From assembly GCA_029778235.1 (NCBI GenBank), contig JAKOQS010000168.1:7690-71689 (forward strand): a stretch of DNA of 64,000 nt, read 5' to 3'. The stretch's first letter is position 1, and each line of letters starts with the position of its first letter. Positions 8,964-17,952 of this stretch are shown here, one piece after another. The DNA is from Chloroflexota bacterium (GTDB lineage: Bacteria > Chloroflexota > Limnocylindria > Limnocylindrales > CSP1-4). The notes beneath the pieces are model-generated. The model saw only the letters and a program-made list of their open reading frames with translations. It did no database searches and was not told where the DNA came from. The translations under genes were made by a program, and so were the position numbers.

Positions 8964-9446
8964 TCACGCTCCGGCCGTCGCGTCGCGCGCGAAGAGGTCG
9001 AGGAGCTGGAGCCGCGATGCCGCGAGGCGGCGCGAGACCGCCACGAGGATCCGCGGATAGAGGACCTGGGCGAGGTGCGGGTCCTCGCGCAGTGCGATGC
9101 GCAGTGCCGCGCCCTCGAAGACGACCGACGTCACGGGCTCGATCGTGACCACCGTGGATGTCCCGCGGTACGGCGGGACGATGGCCGACCAGCCCCAGAT
9201 GTCGCCGGGTTCGATCGTCAGGATGGTCACCATCCCGCGTTCCGGGACGAGCGTCCGGAGCGCCATGCGGCCGGCGATGACGACGCCGACCTCCTCGCAG
9301 ACCTCTCCCTCGGTGAGGAGCTCCGTGCCCGTGGGGTACGTCTCCAGGCGCCCCATGTCCGCCAGACGCGTCTGCGCGTCGGGCGGCAGTCCTGAACCGA
9401 ACCACGTCGCGTTGAGCGCCGCGACGAGCGCCGCCGGGTCTCCCAT
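8964..9446 (-). CDS. Cyclic-nucleotide-binding domain protein (stand-alone CAP effector domain, no HTH)
   Basis: cNMP-binding beta-barrel pattern (ELLTEGEVCEEVGVVIAGRMALRT..., GDIWGWSAIV, RLAASRLQLLDLF). About 160 aa from ATG 9446, so no DNA-binding domain is present. Confidence 0.7.
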   Translation of the reverse strand: MGDPAALVAALNATWFGSGLPPDAQTRLADMGRLETYPTGTELLTEGEVCEEVGVVIAGRMALRTLVPERGMVTILTIEPGDIWGWSAIVPPYRGTSTVVTIEPVTSVVFEGAALRIALREDPHLAQVLYPRILVAVSRRLAASRLQLLDLFARDATAGA

Positions 9447-9705
9447 GCTCCGGAGGCTAGGCGCGCGCTCCCGGTGAGGCGAGAGCCGAACGATGCGGGC
9501 CCCGGGGCCCCATGGCACGACCGGCCCGGACCATCTCTGCGGACGGGCGACGGCCGTCGTACGCGCGGGTCACGGCCGTCGGTCCGCCGGTGGCGGGCGT
9601 CGCCAGTGCGCCCGGCGGACGTCCCTCGGGCAGAACTCGCCGCGCCGCGTCTGTGCGGGGCGGCCGCGGGCCGATGGGCGCAGGCAGGGCGGCCGTCCCC
9701 GGGCG

Positions 9706-10173
9706 TCACCCGTGCGGGCGCAGGATCTCCTCCACCAGCCGGTCCACGAGGAGGGGCAACGCGGCCGCGACCTCGGGCGAGAAGGCCGCACCGATCCCGA
9801 ACGCACGTCCGCCGATCCCCACGAAGGTGCCCTCGGGCGGCCGGCCGCGGAGCGCGGCCGCGAGGCTGATCGCCTGGTCCGGGGGCATCGTGTGCGACGA
9901 GCGGGGCGCTCCGCCGCCCGTGCGGACGGCGACATCGGCGAGGGGGATCGTGACGATCGTCCCGGGAGCCACCCCGACGGCCGCGTCCACGACGATGCAC
10001 CGCGCGCCGTCCGGCACCGCCAGGAGGTGGTCCACCTCCAGCTGGCCGCAGTGGACGATCGTCACCCGGGTGGCGACCAGCGGCGGCAGCGCGGCGACCG
10101 CCGCCGCGGCGGCGGCATCGTCGCCGCGCTCGGGCTCGCCGCAGACGAGCAGGGTGGTGCGATGCGCGCTCAC
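9706..10173 (-). CDS. Hydrogenase maturation endopeptidase (HycI/HoxW family)
   Basis: LLVCGEPERGDDAAA near the N-terminus, VVDA and SSHTMPP metal-ligand-type positions, about 155 aa, first gene of the hydrogenase operon. Confidence 0.75.
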   Translation of the reverse strand: MSAHRTTLLVCGEPERGDDAAAAAAVAALPPLVATRVTIVHCGQLEVDHLLAVPDGARCIVVDAAVGVAPGTIVTIPLADVAVRTGGGAPRSSHTMPPDQAISLAAALRGRPPEGTFVGIGGRAFGIGAAFSPEVAAALPLLVDRLVEEILRPHG

Positions 10174-10214
10174 GCGGACAGGATGCCCGCTCCGCCGCGG
10201 ACACGCCGCCCTGT

Positions 10215-11624
10215 ATGGTTCGCGGCGTGAAGCGCACCGTCCGTCCGTTCGTCCCGCCGCCCCCGACCCGGCTCCCGCTGCGCTCCGACGCCGACCGCTC
10301 CGCCCGGTACGACGCCGGGCGCGCGCTGCGGGACCGGGCGCCGCGCGAGGCGCACGCCGAGTGGCGGCCGGCGCCCGATCGCCCCGATCCGATCGCCCTC
10401 CTCCAGGAGCAGGCCGCGACGCGGGTCCCCGACCTCGTGCCGATCCGGTACGGCCGCATGGTCGCCTCGCCGTTCTCCTTCCTGCGCGGCGCCGCGCTCG
10501 TGATGGCCGCCGACCTGGCGCCCACGCCCTCGAGCGGGATCCGGGTCCAGCTCGCCGGCGACGCGCACGTCGCGAACTTCGGCTTCTACGCCTCCCCCGA
10601 GCGCGACCTGCTGTTCGACGTCAACGACTTCGACGAGACCCTCCCCGGGCCCTGGGAGTGGGACGTGAAGCGGCTCGCGGCGAGCGCCGTCGTCGCCTCG
10701 CGCTCGATGGGGCATCCCCGGGCGCAGGGGCTCGCTGCGGCGCGCGGTGCGACGGAAGCCTACCGGCGGGTGACGCGGTCGCTCGCCCGCCTGCGCAGGC
10801 TCGACGTGTGGTACGCCCATATCGACGAGTCCGAGATCGCGGCCGCGGCGCACGGGCCGGCGGCGCGGATGCTCGAGGAAGTGGTCGGGAAGGCCCTGGA
10901 GCGCGACACGACCCACGCGGTGGACCTGCGGACCGACCCCGCGACAGGCGAGGAGCGCATCGCGGACGCGCCGCCGCTCATCGTCCACCGGCCGGACCTC
11001 GTCGACCTCGACCGGCTGGGGCGACGCTTCGAGCGGTATCGCCGGACGCTCGTGAGCGACCGTCGCGCGCTGCTCGCCCGATACCGTCTCGCGGATGTGG
11101 CGCTGAAGGTGGTGGGCGTCGGGTCCGTCGGGACGCGGTGCTTCGTCGCGTACCTGTCGGCCGGCCGGGACGACCCCCTGTTCCTCCAGGTCAAGGAGGC
11201 GCAGGCGTCCGTGCTCGAGCGGTTCCTGGGCCGCAGCCGGCTCCGGAGCCACGGCGAGCGGGTCGTCGCCGGGCAGCGGATCGTCCAGGCGGCCTCGGAC
11301 GCGTTCCTCGGGTGGGGCTGGGACGAGGACGGCCATGACTATTACTGGCGACAGCTGCGCGACTGGAAGGGCAGCTTCGACGTCGCGACGATGAGGCCGG
11401 TCGATCTCGACGCGTACGCGCGGCTCTGCGGCGCGGCGCTCGCCCGGGCGCACGCCCGGTCGGGCGACCCCGTGATGCTCGCGGGGTACCTGGGATCGGG
11501 CACGGCGTTCGAGCGGTCCGTCGCGGCCTTCGCCGACGCCTACGCGGACCAGACGGAGCGGGACCTCGCCGAGCTGAAGGCGGCGGTGGCCGACGGAAGG
11601 ATCGAGGCCCGCACGGGGGTGTAG
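10215..11624 (+). CDS. DUF2252 domain-containing protein
   Basis: Characteristic LVPIRYGRMVASPFSFLRGAA...AGDAHVANFGFYASPERDLLFDVNDFDET...WDVKRLAAS. An alternative leaderless GTG start lies at 10227. Confidence 0.85.
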   Translation: MVRGVKRTVRPFVPPPPTRLPLRSDADRSARYDAGRALRDRAPREAHAEWRPAPDRPDPIALLQEQAATRVPDLVPIRYGRMVASPFSFLRGAALVMAADLAPTPSSGIRVQLAGDAHVANFGFYASPERDLLFDVNDFDETLPGPWEWDVKRLAASAVVASRSMGHPRAQGLAAARGATEAYRRVTRSLARLRRLDVWYAHIDESEIAAAAHGPAARMLEEVVGKALERDTTHAVDLRTDPATGEERIADAPPLIVHRPDLVDLDRLGRRFERYRRTLVSDRRALLARYRLADVALKVVGVGSVGTRCFVAYLSAGRDDPLFLQVKEAQASVLERFLGRSRLRSHGERVVAGQRIVQAASDAFLGWGWDEDGHDYYWRQLRDWKGSFDVATMRPVDLDAYARLCGAALARAHARSGDPVMLAGYLGSGTAFERSVAAFADAYADQTERDLAELKAAVADGRIEARTGV

Positions 11625-11729
11625 GCGCGTGGGCCTTCCGGCGCGCGGCGCATCGCGGGCGCACCCCGGGGTGCGTCCAGCGATCCGCGTGCCATCCGAC
11701 CTGTCACGGGGGCGACGCAGCCTCGTGCC

Positions 11730-12377
11730 ATGGGTGACGCACTCCCGGCCCGCGGTCAGGTCCCACATCGGCCCGCCGACCCCGCCGACCCCACCGATCC
11801 CGGTCGTGCGCGCCTGACCGTGGCCGCGGCCATCGCCGGACTCCGGCCCATCGCCACGCAGTCGCACGACGGGCTGACGCTCGTGCTGCTCGGCGCCGGG
11901 CGCGGCGAGCCGGGCGGCACCCACCGGGCGGCCTCCGGCACCGCGCTCGACGACCCGGTCGCGGCGGTCTTCGCCCTGCCGCCGGGCGTGACCGGGGTCG
12001 CCGTCGGCGTCTTCGACCGCATCGTCTCCCTCCACGCGTTCGACGGGCACGATGCGCTCGCCGCGGCATGGGACGACCTCGTCGCGTGCGCGGTCGAGGC
12101 CTGGCGCGCCGAACGGGACGCCGTGGCCGCGGGGTCGACTCCTCCGCCCGGCCGCCGGTCGCCGGACGACGGCGCGGCCGTGCGCCTCCTGCGGCGCGCG
12201 GCGATCGCACTCGACGGGGCGACGATCGCGCCGCGTCTCGGCGCGACCCCGGGATCCGAGGTGCGGATCGTCGGCGAACGGGTCCAGGGAGTGGCTCGCG
12301 TCGCGGACGGCCGCGCCGTGCAGCTCGCGCTCCTCCCACGCGAGCCGGACGACCCATCGGACGGGCTGGTCCCGTGA
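11730..12377 (+). CDS. Hypothetical protein
   Basis: High GC3 and protein-like composition from about 11820 onward (GTG 11820 is an alternative start). Opposite-strand ORFs here are Arg-rich shadows. A faint, unverified resemblance to DUF6569-type proteins. Confidence 0.5.
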   Translation: MGDALPARGQVPHRPADPADPTDPGRARLTVAAAIAGLRPIATQSHDGLTLVLLGAGRGEPGGTHRAASGTALDDPVAAVFALPPGVTGVAVGVFDRIVSLHAFDGHDALAAAWDDLVACAVEAWRAERDAVAAGSTPPPGRRSPDDGAAVRLLRRAAIALDGATIAPRLGATPGSEVRIVGERVQGVARVADGRAVQLALLPREPDDPSDGLVP

Positions 12378-12574
12378 GGCGACCAGCGACGACGGCGAGG
12401 AGCCAAGCGGCGCGATGTCCACGCCCGGCCCGGCGCCGGGCACATGCGGGGCGGCCGGCAGAGGGGGCACCCGGCCGTCCCGCACCAGCCGCGATGCGCT
12501 CGCGGTCCGACCGCGGCCGGAGGGCGGCGTCGCGGCGATCCGCGGGTGAGCCACGCGCGGTACGCTCCATCTCG

Positions 12575-14365
12575 ATGCGATCCGCCTCTCCGCGGACGCG
12601 TGCACGGGGGGCGTCCGTGGATCCTGACGCGACGGCCGGAGGCGGGCCTGGGGGCGACGCCGCATCGCCGGAGGACCTTGTCTTCGACCGGCTCCGCTCG
12701 GCCCTGCCCGGCGCCGTGCGGATCTACCGCAACGTCCGCTGGATCGCGGCGCCGGAGGACGGGGGGCCCAACGCGGACGGCGAGACGGACCTGCTGGTCG
12801 TCGACCCGGACCGCGGGATCCTCGTCGTCGAGGTGAAGGGCGGGGTCGTGGACGCGGACGCCTACGGCCGCTGGTACGCGGGGCGTAGGGCACTGCAGAT
12901 GTCACCGTTCGCCCAGGCGGAGCGCGGCAAGCATCGCCTCGTGCGTCTGCTCACGGCCGACCCCGACTGGCTCGGTCCGGAGCCAGCCGCCGGCCACGTC
13001 GTGGCCTTCCCGGGCGTGGACTGGACCACCGCCGGCCCGGGCGTCCGTGCACTCGGGGCGGACGCGCCCCGCGCCATCTGCCTGGACGCGGCGGACCTCG
13101 CATCCGATGCGGCGGCTTCGGCGGGGATCGAGCGCGCATGGGCGTTCTGGCTCGGCGCCGGCGGCGGTCGCCCCATCCCGCCCCGGTCGCTCGAGGTGAT
13201 CGCCAGGGCGGTCGCGCGTCCGGTCGCGTTGCGGCCCCTCCTCCGCCGCGCCGTCGAGGCCGGCGAGGGCGAGACCCGCACGATGACGGAGCACCAGGCC
13301 CGGATCCTGGAGGGGCTGTGCGCCGTCAATCGCCGCGCGTCCATCTCGGGCGGCGCCGGGACGGGCAAGACCCAGCTCGCCATGGAGCGTGCCCGCAGGC
13401 TCGCGCGCGACGGCTTCCGGACGCTCCTCGTGTGCTTCAACCAGCCCCTGGCGCGGGCGTTCTCACGCGACCCTGCGCTCGCCGCCCTGATCGACGCCGG
13501 GATGCTCGAGGCCCATACGTTCCACGACCTCGCCCGGCGCCTGGAGGAGGAGGCGGGCATCCTCCCGCCGGTCCCGGGGGCATCCGACGGTCCGGCGGAC
13601 CTCGCGGCATGGTTCGACGCCATCGCGGACCGGTTCCTCGACGCCGTCGAGCGGGTCCCGCTCCGGTTCCACGCCATCGTGGTGGACGAGGGCCAGGACT
13701 TCGCCCGCGCCTGGCTCGAGTCGCTGCCGTTCCTGCTCGACGACCCTGCGGAGGACCCGCTGTACGTCTTCCACGATCCAGGCCAGGGGCTCTACCGGAC
13801 GGACGAGGTCGCGGCGCTGGGACTCACCCCCTACGTCCTGCAGGAGGACTGCCGCAACGCCGGCGACATCCACGACCTCGCCGAGCGGTTCGGCGGCCGC
13901 GCCACGGCCACCGTCGCGCTCCGCGAGCTGCCGGGCGGGGTGGAGGTGGTCTCGGCCGAGCCCGGCGCGCAGACGGTCGATGCCGTCCGGCGCGCGCTGC
14001 ACGCGGTCATCGACGACGGGCGCGTCCCGCCGGGCGACGTGGTCGTGCTCGTGGGGATGGCCCTGCATCGCAGCGACGTGTGGAGGGCCCGCGTGTTCGG
14101 CAACCAGGTCCTCTGGAACGGGAGCGTGGCCGACGACGGACACCAGCTGGGCCTCGCCGCGGACGCCGTCCCGGAGCAGCCGATGGACACCGTCCTGTGC
14201 GAGACGATCCACCGGTTCAAGGGCCTCGACGAGAAGGTCGCCATCCTCGCGGACCTGCGGGCGGACGACCCGCGGCTGGACCAGCTGCTCTACGTCGGCA
14301 TCACCCGCGCGCGTGACCACCTGATCGTGGTCGCACCGCCAGCCGTCGCCCGGAGGCTCGCGTGA
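12575..14365 (+). CDS. NERD-domain nuclease fused to SF1 (UvrD_C/AAA_19-type) helicase
   Basis: N-terminal NERD-type (D/E)xK segment GETDLLVVDPDRGILVVEVKGG. Walker A ISGGAGTGKTQ, Walker B VVDEGQDF, TIHRFKGLDEKV, LLYVGITRARDHLIVV. ATG 12575 lies 8 nt after a TACGCT -10. Confidence 0.85.
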   Translation: MRSASPRTRARGASVDPDATAGGGPGGDAASPEDLVFDRLRSALPGAVRIYRNVRWIAAPEDGGPNADGETDLLVVDPDRGILVVEVKGGVVDADAYGRWYAGRRALQMSPFAQAERGKHRLVRLLTADPDWLGPEPAAGHVVAFPGVDWTTAGPGVRALGADAPRAICLDAADLASDAAASAGIERAWAFWLGAGGGRPIPPRSLEVIARAVARPVALRPLLRRAVEAGEGETRTMTEHQARILEGLCAVNRRASISGGAGTGKTQLAMERARRLARDGFRTLLVCFNQPLARAFSRDPALAALIDAGMLEAHTFHDLARRLEEEAGILPPVPGASDGPADLAAWFDAIADRFLDAVERVPLRFHAIVVDEGQDFARAWLESLPFLLDDPAEDPLYVFHDPGQGLYRTDEVAALGLTPYVLQEDCRNAGDIHDLAERFGGRATATVALRELPGGVEVVSAEPGAQTVDAVRRALHAVIDDGRVPPGDVVVLVGMALHRSDVWRARVFGNQVLWNGSVADDGHQLGLAADAVPEQPMDTVLCETIHRFKGLDEKVAILADLRADDPRLDQLLYVGITRARDHLIVVAPPAVARRLA

Positions 14366-17300
14366 CGGGGATCGCTCCGGGCGTCAGGACGGCACTCGTC
14401 CCGACGGCGGAGCAGCGGGCGATCGTCGAATGGCGCGGCGGGCCCCTCATGGTCCTCGCGGGCGCCGGCACCGGGAAGACCACGGTCATCGTCGAGCGCG
14501 TCCGCCACCTGCTCGCGACGGAGCCCGGCCTGCAGCCCGAGGGCATCCTGGTCCTCACGTACAACGTGAAGGCGACCGAGGAGCTCCTCGGACGGTTCGA
14601 GCGCGCTCTCGGCCTCGAGGTCGCCCGGCGGCTCACAGTCGAGAACTTCCACGGCTTCGGCTTCGGCATCGTGCGGAGGCACTGGCGCGAGCTGGGCCTG
14701 CCGGCCGACCCGATGGTGCTCGACGAGGTGGGCCAGCGTCTCCTGCTGCAGGGTCTGCGCGGGGGGATCCGGTTCCGCCTGTATGACGGGTGGGGCTGGC
14801 ACCAGGCGGAGCTCCGCGAGCTGATCGCCTCGATCGACCGGGCTCGCGACGAGGGCGTGACCTCCGACGACTACCGCGCCGTGGCGCAGGCGGGCCTCGA
14901 AGCGGTGGCAGCGGAGCTCGGGGAGGACCGGTACGCGGCGGCGCTCGCCGCCCTGGACCGGCCGGACGGCCTGGCCGCCGCCAAGGCGACGCATGCCAGG
15001 CAGCAGGCCGACGATCCGGCGTCGATCGTCGCGATCGCCCGACGGATCGTCCGCGGCGACGGCCGGGACGCGGCCGGCGGCATGACCACGGAGCAGCTCC
15101 GCGCGGCCGACGAGCTCGCCGGTCGGCTGGACGACCAGGCGTGCGTGCTCGCGGCGCTCGGGGTGCTGGAGGAGGCCGTCGCGTACGAGGAGTACGCGGC
15201 CGAGCTCGTCCGGACCGGCGCCGTGGACTTCGCCGAGCAGATCCGGCTGGCCGCGCTCCTCCTGCGGGAGCGCCCGGAGGTGCGCTGGGAGCACCTGGAC
15301 CGATACCGGCACGTGCTGGTGGACGAGTTCCAGGACGCGAACGTCGCGCAGATCGACCTGCTCGAGCTCGTCACCCTCGCGCCCGGGCACGTGCCGGACG
15401 TGACCGTCGTCGGCGACGACGACCAGTCGATCTACCGGTTCCGCGGCGCCAGCTACGCGGCGTTCGACGAGTTCGCCGCGCGGTTCGGGCGTCGCCGTGA
15501 CGGCGACCCCGCCAGCCTCGAGCGCGTGGTCGCGAGGCTGCCGTTGCTCGAGAACCGCCGGTCCGTGGCGCCGGTCGTCACGGCCGCGTCGCGGCTCATC
15601 GAGCGGAGCGCCCGGCGCCTCAAGGAGGACCTCCGCCTCGACGCGCTCCGTGGGGCGGGAGCCCCCGTCGAGCTGGTCGTCTCAGACACCGCGGAGCGCG
15701 AGGCCGAGCTGCTCGGCGCGCGCATCGACGCGCTGCGCGCCACGGGCACGGTCGCCGTCCTCGTGCGGAAGCGCCGGCACGCCGACGCGCTCGTTGCGAC
15801 CCTGCGTCGGCGCGGGATCGACGTGGACGTGGAGGCCCGGCCCGACGCGCTCGCCTCGCCGGACGTCGCGGACATCGTGGCGCTCCTCCGTGCGGCGAAC
15901 GACCCGGCCGACGACATCGCCACCGCGCGGGTCCTGCTCGCGGGCCCGTGGGCGCTCGGCAACAAGGGGTTCGCCCGGTTCCTGCGCGAGCGCCCTGCGC
16001 GGGGACGCACGCTGCTCGACGGGGCTCGGCTCTTCGCCGAGGATCGGCCTGCCGACGAGTCGGATCCCGCGCCCGACGCCGCAGCAACCGGCCCGATGCC
16101 GGCCACCCGCCGGGCCGCCGCGTGGCCGGACCCGGAGCTCGACGCGCTCCGCGCCCGGGTCCGCGCGGCCGTGGCCGCGGTCGACGAGGTGGCCGCTCTC
16201 GCGCGCGTCGACACGGGCTACGCGGCCGCGGTGCGCGCCACGGCCCTGCTGCGCTCGGTGGCGGAGGCGCTCGCGGCACCGGCCGCGGGCGAGCCGGCCC
16301 CGGGCGACGACGCAGGGGCGTCGCCGACGCTCGCGGACCTCGGCTCGGTCACGCGGCTGCGGGCCATCGCCCGGTTCCTCACGTACGCGGGCGACGTCGC
16401 GGGAGGGCGACGACCGCTGCCGCTGCACGCCCTCATCCGCCACCTCGACGACCTCGCGCAGGTCGGCGGCACCCTCGAGGTGGAGGATGCCACGCCCCCG
16501 GCGCCCTCGGCGGTCCGCGTGATGACGATCCACCAGGCCAAGGGCCTCGAGTTCGACGCGGTCGTCGTCCCGCGCGTGTGCGCGGGCGAGCTGCCCGACG
16601 AGCGGGCCGAGGCGCTCCCGATCCCCGTCGCCCTGCTCCGCCAGCAGCCCGAGCCGGGGTTCGAGGTGGACGAGGAGCGTCGCCTGCTGTACGTCGCCAT
16701 GACGCGGGCACGGGACCGGCTGATCGTCTCCACGGTGGACGCCCTGTCGCCCGGCCGCGGGGCGCAGCGCCGCAGCGCGTTCGTGGACGACCTGCTCGGC
16801 ATCGACCGCGACGTCTCGGCCGCCGGGACGCTCCCGGCGGACGAGCTGTTCGCCGGGAGCGTGCCCTCGGACGTCACGCTGCGCGACGCGCGCCGCGACC
16901 AGATGCCGGATGCGCTCGATCGCGCCGCCGCCCTCGCGGCCATGGGGCTCACCCACGCGGTCGGGGCCACGGACCCGTCACTCGGCCGTGCGCGCATGGT
17001 CCTCGGGATCCTCGCCCTGCTCGACGACCCGCGCACCGACCCGGCCGCCCGCGAGGCCCTTCGCTCCGACCTGCTGCGGACGCTCGACGGGCCGACGCCG
17101 GGCCGCGTGGACATCGCGCCCCCACCCAGCTACGCCGACCTGCTGCGGGAGAAGCAGAGCCACTCGTCGCTGTCCGAGTACCGCGCGTGCCCCCTGCGGT
17201 ACGCGTTCCGCTACCTCTACCTCCTGCGGCCGCCGCAGCACGCGTACCTCACCTTCGGCTCCAGCGTGCACGAGGTCCTCGAGGCGGACGTCCGGGCCCG

Positions 17301-17952
17301 GATCGCCGCCCGGCGGACGGGGGAGGCGGCCGCCCCCGGCGCGCTGGACGCGCTCGCGGACCGCTTCGCACGGGTCTGGCTCGACTCGTCCACCGGCGAG
17401 GCCACCCCCGTCGAGCGGGACGACTTCCATCGGCGCGCCCGGGTCGCGTTCGAGCAGTATCTCGGGCACGAGGGACGCCGCGACGCGCAGCCGGTCGCCG
17501 TGGAGGCGCGGTTCGACTTCGTCGTCCCGGGCGAGGGCGACGGCCCGCCCATCCGCGTCCACGGCGCGATCGACCGCATCGACCGGCGAGGGGACGGGCG
17601 CATCGAGATCGTGGACTACAAGACGGGGCGCGCGAAGACCCCCGCACAGGTGGACCACGACGACCAGCTCACGCTGTACGCGCTCGCCGTGGCCGACGGC
17701 GCGGTCAGCGACGAGGTGACCGGCGAGACCATCCCTGCACCCGACCTGCTCACGCTCTTCTTCGTCGAGCACGGCCTGTGGGTCACCACCACCCGCACGC
17801 CCGTCCAGCTCGACGCGATGCGCGCGTGGATCGCGGCGACGGTCGCGCGGATGCGCGCCGGCGACTTCGCGGCCACGCCGTCGGACCAGGCGTGCAGTCG
17901 CTGCGACTACGCCGCGCTGTGCCCGGACCGCTACACGGGGCCGGCCACGTGA
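14362..17952 (+). CDS. UvrD/AddA-like SF1 helicase with C-terminal PD-(D/E)XK Cas4/AddB-type Fe-S nuclease
   Basis: All SF1 motifs are intact: AGAGTGKTT, VLVDEFQDAN, VVGDDDQSIYRFRGA, LLENRRS, TIHQAKGLEFD, LLYVAMTRARDRL. Nuclease domain: YRACPLRY...IDRIDRRGDGRIEIVDYKTG...QLTLYALA...CSRCDYAALCP. The GTG start overlaps the upstream stop (GTGA). Confidence 0.9.
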   Translation: MTGIAPGVRTALVPTAEQRAIVEWRGGPLMVLAGAGTGKTTVIVERVRHLLATEPGLQPEGILVLTYNVKATEELLGRFERALGLEVARRLTVENFHGFGFGIVRRHWRELGLPADPMVLDEVGQRLLLQGLRGGIRFRLYDGWGWHQAELRELIASIDRARDEGVTSDDYRAVAQAGLEAVAAELGEDRYAAALAALDRPDGLAAAKATHARQQADDPASIVAIARRIVRGDGRDAAGGMTTEQLRAADELAGRLDDQACVLAALGVLEEAVAYEEYAAELVRTGAVDFAEQIRLAALLLRERPEVRWEHLDRYRHVLVDEFQDANVAQIDLLELVTLAPGHVPDVTVVGDDDQSIYRFRGASYAAFDEFAARFGRRRDGDPASLERVVARLPLLENRRSVAPVVTAASRLIERSARRLKEDLRLDALRGAGAPVELVVSDTAEREAELLGARIDALRATGTVAVLVRKRRHADALVATLRRRGIDVDVEARPDALASPDVADIVALLRAANDPADDIATARVLLAGPWALGNKGFARFLRERPARGRTLLDGARLFAEDRPADESDPAPDAAATGPMPATRRAAAWPDPELDALRARVRAAVAAVDEVAALARVDTGYAAAVRATALLRSVAEALAAPAAGEPAPGDDAGASPTLADLGSVTRLRAIARFLTYAGDVAGGRRPLPLHALIRHLDDLAQVGGTLEVEDATPPAPSAVRVMTIHQAKGLEFDAVVVPRVCAGELPDERAEALPIPVALLRQQPEPGFEVDEERRLLYVAMTRARDRLIVSTVDALSPGRGAQRRSAFVDDLLGIDRDVSAAGTLPADELFAGSVPSDVTLRDARRDQMPDALDRAAALAAMGLTHAVGATDPSLGRARMVLGILALLDDPRTDPAAREALRSDLLRTLDGPTPGRVDIAPPPSYADLLREKQSHSSLSEYRACPLRYAFRYLYLLRPPQHAYLTFGSSVHEVLEADVRARIAARRTGEAAAPGALDALADRFARVWLDSSTGEATPVERDDFHRRARVAFEQYLGHEGRRDAQPVAVEARFDFVVPGEGDGPPIRVHGAIDRIDRRGDGRIEIVDYKTGRAKTPAQVDHDDQLTLYALAVADGAVSDEVTGETIPAPDLLTLFFVEHGLWVTTTRTPVQLDAMRAWIAATVARMRAGDFAATPSDQACSRCDYAALCPDRYTGPAT

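Noticed and set aside
9497-9510. GGGCCCCGGGGCCC palindrome in the protease/cNMP intergenic gap, as a possible terminator or operator.
   Set aside because: - It is too short, and GC palindromes of this kind are expected by chance at this base composition.
- There is no supporting context.
10170-12905. A 911-aa minus-strand ORF. Similar very long ORFs: 18970..22101 (-), 41773..44838 (-), 26122..28911 (-), 49649..52327 (-) and 6737..9148 (+).
   Set aside because: - Their extremely Arg/Pro/Gly/Ala-rich, low-complexity translations are typical of shadow frames in a very GC-rich genome.
- Each is antisense to, or out of frame with, genes that have clear family motifs.
15948-17948. First 667 codons of ORF 15948..19130.
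   Set aside because: - It is an out-of-frame shadow of the UvrD-nuclease gene.
- Only the part from GTG 17949 shows SbcD phosphoesterase motifs.
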